From Paragordius varius (taxonomy: Eukaryota; Animalia; Nematomorpha): a DNA stretch of 64,000 nucleotides. The stretch's first letter is position 1. Each line of letters begins with the position of its first letter. Location of the stretch: assembly GCA_964247055.1 (NCBI GenBank), contig OZ176053.1, positions 8,432,001-8,496,000 of the forward strand. Direction: 5' to 3'. Below the pieces are notes generated by a model, which saw nothing but the letters and a program-made list of their open reading frames with translations, was not told the DNA's origin and did not search any database. Shown here in pieces: positions 56,659 through 64,000 of this stretch. Made by a program: the position numbers and the translations under genes.

Positions 56659-58199
56659 CTAATACAATAATATTTTAAGAATGGCCGTTTCTGTTGATAA
56701 TTTATGTATGTTGTTGTGTAAATTTTTAGGTTTGGTTTAAGTTTTTGCAAATATTACCAAAAGCACAAATTATATGTGCCAAATTAGGGGTTTTGTCATA
56801 AAGAAAATAATTTTTTTAAATTATTTGTGATATCTCTGACCCTAGTATTTTTTTAAATATAAGAAGCCATCGTTCTCAAAAATATAATCGTTTTTTTATT
56901 AAAATGGCAAAAAAGGCTAAAATATTCTAAAAAATTGAAAAATGAAATATTCTTGCGTTATACTATAAAATTAAAAATATTTGTTAGAAATAATTATGTT
57001 GTAGTATATATTCACAATATACTTTTTCCGACTTTGTACCATATATTTTGGCAAGTTAGTCACCTTGATATGGCCTTAAAATTTGTCGTTATTGTATCAA
57101 TTTACGGCTTATTATAGACTATTGTTTATTTTATTTTATTTAAAAAGATTATTCAATTGGGAAAAGCCTACAATTTTCCGAAATTTTGGTCAAAAGACGC
57201 AAGTGAGTTATATTTTGTGTAAGGACGACTTTTACTAGAGTTTTAATTATATGGGTAATTATTATTTGCAAAAAACGTCCTTTTACAGAATGTTGGGCGA
57301 TGCCGCACACATTGAATTTCTCTTTAAAACCCCTAAAATCTTAAATGAATTTATGTGCCATCATACATTTTTCAAAAATTTTGGCTAAAATAAATTTTTA
57401 GGATTTAATTCCTTTGTTAAGCTAATTTGACAAGGTATATATGGCTGAACACAGGAAGTAAACTAAAAAAACTTCTCTTGCATGATTTGCCCCTTCCTGA
57501 ACGAATATAAAAAATAAATTAAATGGCACCACCAAAAAAATATGCAGTATAACGATTTCGACAAAATTAGTATTATTAGCCCTTTCAAGGGTTTCATATT
57601 TATAAAGCCATCCTTTTTATTACAGCGTCTTTTACCCATAAATAACCATATATGATATATAACTTCCATTACAATCATTTTAAAATTGTAATAATTTAAA
57701 TCTTCACCTCCTATAATTTAAACTAGGTAACAATTTCATATCGAGTACACATAATTTTTTTAAAAAAACGTTGTTTTTAACAGACAAATTGGCTATTAAT
57801 TTTTCATTTTAATAAGCTTATTAATCAATTTTCTTACATATTAAACTTAATTTTAATCATCAGACATCTTCTACAAGTTTTAAATTATATCTTTATTATT
57901 TATATATATAGGATAAATTACATTTTTTTAACACGAAAAAAAAATTATTATGGCTTTAATATATCCTCTCCTTTGCAAATCAGGATCAATTTTATATGTT
58001 TAAATAATTAGTATATAGGAAACCCTAGTGAGTATTAAGGTCAATAGGATTAAGTTTTTTACACTAATTTTTTTTAATTCCCTTGTAATCTCGTTCTTCT
58101 TTTTATAGATAGAGACGATTAAAACTCTAATCCGGACACCCTTGAAATGTAATATATGTATAAACAATAGCATCAGACGTATAGTTTTAAATCATTCTG

Positions 58200-58233
<34 letters not shown>

Positions 58234-59284
58234 GAAATTTTTGCTTTATTATAATTATTTGAGTTTATTATTAAATTAAATTACCCTTAATAATATTGAT
58301 CTCCCGTTTAAAAAATGTTTTGAAACCTAATTTGTGTCTTGGCAATATAGGTTGCATTTTTATTGATTACAGAATATTATCCGATAGATATATTATAGTA
58401 TTAATTAAACAAATAAAACAAATTGCAAATTTTTTATGAGAGCTTTAAATTTTGACACCTATGTAAAATACAATTCAATGTCAAATATAGAAATGAAAGT
58501 ATTAAATAATTATATATGCAAACGGCCTTTTCATACTAGAGTTAACCATAATTATAACGTATTATAAAATAATAGCTCTCTTCAACAAAAATCCATTAAA
58601 ATAAATAAGTAACTAACCAACTTTTTCACTTTAATGGATGTATGATAATAATTGAAGTTAAATTATTTATATATTATTTTTTTTGACATTAAATTATAAA
58701 GTATTTGAGCAGACATAGGAGACTCATAATTATTATATAATTATACTTTTTGTTATAGTTACTAAAATTTATACTTTGTAATATAAAATCAAAAGAAGCC
58801 TTTCAGACTCACTTCATTTTAGTTGAAATTTATAATGGACACTTGACTTGACATTAAACTGTTTGTTTTAGGTGTGGTTTCGCTTTTATTTTTTAAATTA
58901 TTATATAATATCAAACATCATCATTAGAGAAGAAAAATGTTTTAAATTTTATGTTAAATTAATGAAATATTTAAACTCGACAAGAATATATATTTATTTA
59001 TGAAAAAATTAACTAATATAATAATATATAATTTAATATGGAATACATTGGCTAAAAATTAATTATTAATAGGATGTTTTGAGGTCATTGTAGGTATCAT
59101 TTCGTGAATTAGACTATGATTGCATAAAAAATGATTAACATTTTTTCCGACATCTTTCTTGTTCGGATAATTCGAAATCGGAAATTAAATATTTTGTGTC
59201 TGAGTCTTATATAGTATCTTAGATCAAGGCTTGATATCGGGAGGTTCATATAAGCTTTAACATGTTTATTTGAATTTAATTAAA

Positions 59285-60361
59285 TTAAGATTTAGAATAT
59301 AAATTTGACAAAAGATCTTGGAAAAATATGAGTTCATGCTCTTTTATGTGATTTAAATTGTGTTCATCATCTTCCGTTCCAGATTCTATGGGTGTCAATG
59401 GTGTATAATTTTGATTATTACCGTTGATATTTTTTGTTGAGCCAAAGCAACTACTGGTTTCATTATAAACATTTATGTTATAAGGATTTTTAGGCATTTT
59501 ATTATGCAGGGAAGTAAGGGAGTGAGGATTCGAAATATCATTTAAAAATTTGGTACTAGAGTTGTTTTCACGTTCTTGTCTGCCGGGAGAATCTTTAGTC
59601 ACTGTATTGTGAATCCCAGAATTAGTGGTATTTACATTATTATTATTATTATTTGAATTGCAATTTAAATTTGTTACTTTTGCGTCATCAATGATGTATC
59701 CACATATCGAGTTATTAACCAACGAAGCATTATTAAAACTAGTTTTATCGCTGTTTTGGCGGCTGGTACAAATTTGATGGGTTTTCGAATCGAATTCGGG
59801 CTCATCAACTCCAGAGAATGGCAAATGTGTTGAGGAAGTGGTGCTAGAATTAAGGGAATCAGATGAAGAATTTCCTGGAGTTACAGTGGTATTTAACAGA
59901 GTAGATAAATGACTAATGTATTCTACAGCGGCTCGGAGTGTTTCAACTTTGGAAGTTTTTTTGTGATTTTGACACACTGGCACATGTTGCCTGAGTGATG
60001 AGAAGCCTTGATTAATGAGTTTTACACGATTCCGTTCACGTTCATTACGGCGCAAGGATTGTGGAATTTTTATAATGTTTGTTTTGCCAATATTAATATC
60101 ATTGTTTCGAATAACAGCTTTTTTAGCACGATGACTCCCTTTGCTTGTAATACTATGGATACTCTGACCATCTTCTTCATAATCGCTACCGTTATTATTG
60201 TTAAAAGCTGTATTCTCATCCATAAGAAGCATAAAATTTTTGCGGTTACAGGTATTATCATCTCTCTTGGAAGGAATGAAGTAAGGCGATATTCTAGCAT
60301 TTTTTGGTATGGAATATTGTTTTTCATCTCGACCCAAATCGAATAACAAGTCTTGAATCAT
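59285..60361 (-). CDS. ASCL: Achaete-scute family proneural bHLH transcription factor, intronless, 358 aa
   Basis: b[28 protein letters not shown]...[19 protein letters not shown]; the single-exon ORF is typical of the family. Paralogue assignment is not possible. Confidence 0.92.
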   Translation of the reverse strand: MIQDLLFDLGRDEKQYSIPKNARISPYFIPSKRDDNTCNRKNFMLLMDENTAFNNNNGSDYEEDGQSIHSITSKGSHRAKKAVIRNNDINIGKTNIIKIPQSLRRNERERNRVKLINQGFSSLRQHVPVCQNHKKTSKVETLRAAVEYISHLSTLLNTTVTPGNSSSDSLNSSTTSSTHLPFSGVDEPEFDSKTHQICTSRQNSDKTSFNNASLVNNSICGYIIDDAKVTNLNCNSNNNNNNVNTTNSGIHNTVTKDSPGRQERENNSSTKFLNDISNPHSLTSLHNKMPKNPYNINVYNETSSCFGSTKNINGNNQNYTPLTPIESGTEDDEHNLNHIKEHELIFFQDLLSNLYSKS

Positions 60362-61124
60362 TTTTTATCTATTATTTAAGTTTATATAATTTTGATAATT
60401 AATACTAAAAAACGTCCGATTTTTCCAAAGAAGTATATGGTGAAAAGCTATTAATTTTATTGCAAAAAAAATATCAGAGAAAAAATATAATAACTGATGT
60501 TTTGTTCAGTAATAATTATTTTGGTGGATATTTTAATATATAAGTATAATCCTTACTTACCTTTGTGTCACTCATATTTTATGTAAAATATAATAACAAT
60601 AATCAAAAAATAACATAAAATAAATTTACCTATATTATTGAAATGACCCCTATGATAAATTAATTGACTTTTATTTTTAAAATAAACAGTGAAAAGTCTT
60701 TATAATTAAATTATTTTAATACTTTTGTTTTATACATTTGTGGTCTTTGATAATTATTTCTTTTATTTTTGAAGTATAATTAATTTTTTACCTGTTAAAT
60801 ATTTAAAAAGTCTCAATTAACACGATTTTTAAAAATAAAATTATGTAATTTAGCAATGATGACATGTATATTTTATGTTTCAAATAAATCTACTTAATTA
60901 TCATTACTAATTATTATTAATATAATCTTCACTTTATTATTGTTTTTTAAAGGTGAAAATTATATCAGTAATCACGTTTCGTTTGCATGTTTTTTCAAAC
61001 ACAAAAAATTTATGGAAAAAAAATTATTTTATGATATACTTTTTTTGCATTAAAGGATGATGGTTAAGTTTAAATATTTAGTTAGAAAATGAATGATCCT
61101 AGAATTCGACATTACACCTGGCTT

Positions 61125-61163
<39 letters not shown>

Positions 61164-64000
61164 GTATTCTTTCATTACAAAAAACATAAAGATATTTTCG
61201 ATATCTTTGATAAAATTTGATAAAAATAATATATTTTGGGCCACAAGTACAGATATATCGTGTTAGAGACTTTGAATAAATAAATTTCTTATTTTTAATA
61301 TTATCATAATAATATAATTCTTCGTTTAATAAACGGACGGACAGTTCACACTACTAGTGACAATTTTCATATTTTTTTATTGCTCGCTTTTAATTTCTAT
61401 AATAATTGGTAAATTAAATATTATTTGTTATATTATTGTAGTATTAAAAATACATAAATAATTACTTTTTTCAATTCCTACAAAAAATATCAAGGAGCCA
61501 CCACAGAAATTGGGTGTAGAGGAAGGATATATACAAAAATTGCAATTTTCATTAAAAAATATTTTACAATAGAATAAATTATCATTTATATATATATATA
61601 TATATATATATCCAGCAAAAAGTTGTATGTAATTAGGGTTGTCATCGGTCTTTATAATTTTACCGACAATAATCTTGGGGTGTTAACAGTTATTACTGTT
61701 TTTATAAAAACTAATTATTTAACTTTTACTTAAATATATTAATTTTTTGTACCTGCGCAATTATACTAAATTCGTAACTTGGATTAATAGTTTAAAAAGA
61801 CGCCTTAAAAGACATTGAAATCTGAATAAACCCGAAGAAATATCCCTTCATGCTGAGCTTTCAAACTTTGTACTTGAACTTTAAATGAATATACCTATTT
61901 TATAAAAAGTTTCCAAACCTTTAAGATTTTATATATTATGTTACATACCAAAAAGAAATATCGAGGATGTAGAAAAATTATATAATTTTTACGTTTATAA
62001 CCAAAAATATGAAAAGTTTGAAAGATGACTTAATTAAGGTATAGATATTTCATAAACAACTATTAAAACTAATAGTCCTCATATTAAGACATTAAAATTC
62101 ATTATTTTTGTTGGTGACACTTTTTACATTAATTATCATAATAAAAACCCATTTCATTTCTCTGAGACATAGACCAATTAACATATAAATAAAAAAAGGA
62201 GATGTTTTCCCAATTTTTGATATGTTCAAAATATTTTATATTGTCTAACATATAACCTTAAAACAGACAACTTATTTATCTAATAATAATATTAAGATGT
62301 GTTATAATTTATTTATATTTTTACGTTTGATTTCATCACCACCAAAAAAAATGTAACCAAATATCTCTAGTAAAAAAGCTGATAACATTCTTCTGTCAGG
62401 TTATTTTACACTACTATTTTAAGGTGTTATTAGTAATTATGACACCCTTTTCGCTGTTTTTGGCTTTAAACTAGATAAAACACCCTCATGAATAATTTGT
62501 TTTTTGTCTAAAACGGTGAGTTTTATAAAGATATTAAATGTCAAACATTATTTGTTTGACTAGTTATGGGTTACTTTTGATGATAGATGAAAATAAACTC
62601 AGGGATATGCGAATGAGCCATTGGGCAGACTCAAATTCGCTCATGTAATTGAGCCATTTGAATAAGCCGGCTCAAAATATATCTTATAAAACAATAATTT
62701 ATCCCTTTAAAAAAATTTAGCCACAAAGATGACACCTCAAAATTCGAGATGGAAAATAGTTGTGTCATAAAAGATTTAAGATATTTAAGCCCTTCCCTTG
62801 AATTTTTTGAGCCGGTTTATTAAATGCCTGGCTGATTATGGCCTTAAAGAGTTTCCAACTCAGATAAATAATTTGTTTTTGCTTTTTATCATGTGGTTAA
62901 TACAATGAACTTATGGATATTAAATAATCAATAATTTATTTTATAAATTATTTTAGCACTAAACGTTTGGTTAGTAAAGTTGCATTAAACCAGTCTATCA
63001 ATGTTTAACACCAATTCAAATGTTGATTTAATGGATTAGGGGTAAACGCATCTTTCCGAGTTGAATATGTGTGTCAGTCTTTTCCAACCCGTGACTGCAA
63101 AATTTCATCATTTTTCAGCTTTTATTAAATGCTTCATAGGTACAACTATAAACAGAAAGATTATAATTTCCATATATATTTTTTTTTGCCCATCTTCTGA
63201 TTAAATAACATAAAAGTTATTGTTAAATTGTCTCATTCGACAATGTAAAAATGGGATGAAACATGTCATTTCTATATGGGGTAATATCATGTCCATTGAT
63301 GTAAAATCCATATTCGTATCTATCAACTAAGCACATTCTAATTTTCAAAATAATTAGCATTATGGCAGTCGTGGTCAGGATTGGTATCAATGGTCATGGA
63401 GATCATAAAAAATATATATCTTCTTATCAAAAGTTATCCTATATTTATGTTATTTGGACCTGACAGGTCAAACATTAAAAAAATATAATTTCAGAATACG
63501 ATAATTAAATTTAATTTTTTGATAATTGAAATCTATTAATTATATAAACATATCTTTGTTTAGTCTATCCCATATGCCTTTAGATCTATTATTGAATTAA
63601 ATTTTGGATTTCCATCCACTTTTCCGGTTTATTTATTAGCATTTTCATAAAATTATGGTTTGTTTTTTTAAAAGGAAAAACTCAACTGATTAGACTTTCT
63701 AATGTGTGAACTCATGTTGTATATTCTCTAACAATACAGTCTTAAACCATATCCCTTAGACGTTACAGTTAAAACATCAAATTTGCCCTAAAAATCGCTT
63801 ATAAGATTATGCTTTTAATTTTAATTAAAACTTTAAGGAAAAGTATATCCTCTATGATTGTTGATAATATCAATGATGTTATTATCGTGTTTAAGCAATA
63901 TTTTTAAATACTCGTTTTAAGTTATTTTATACAATTTCTTTGAAACGATTGCCGTTAGTTTTTACCGTGTTCATGATTGATAGTGACTTTCTGATTGGTA

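Noticed and set aside
60008-60346. Overlapping ORFs at 60008-60346, 60070-60327, 8422-8664, 7765-7971 and 54430-54642
   Set aside because: Antisense or off-frame shadows of real exons, with no recognisable motifs.
60362-64000. Su(H), E-box or N-box enhancer cluster upstream of the achaete-scute gene; tRNA or snRNA genes anywhere in the window
   Set aside because: No convincing clustered consensus sites or RNA-gene folds were seen by eye; a scan with tRNAscan-SE, Infernal or PWMs would be needed.

Overview
Very AT-rich animal genomic DNA containing spliceosomal genes. The G-alpha-o sequence looks protostome/ecdysozoan-like, but the taxon cannot be fixed from sequence alone. Eight genes can be read: FNTA (-, 3' end unresolved), REV3L/Pol zeta (+, about 26 exons), SUV39H (-), MRPS23 (+), G-alpha-o (+), PPIL4 (+), an orphan Ig-domain single-pass membrane protein (-, 5' end unresolved) and an intronless achaete-scute bHLH gene (-). 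Decayed LINE and Gypsy pieces, several MITE families and a 5.9-kb foldback element lie between and inside them. The main result comes from manual splicing. There are 16 ultra-short introns of 22-29 nt, and all start within about 700 nt of the start codon of five housekeeping genes. Every intron starting further downstream is at least 65 nt and up to 9 kb, the reverse of the usual long-first-intron pattern. One micro-intron appears to need a GT-TG splice. Four of the five genes sit in head-to-head pairs with only 53 and 73 bp between ATGs. All coordinates were counted by hand and nothing was searched against databases.
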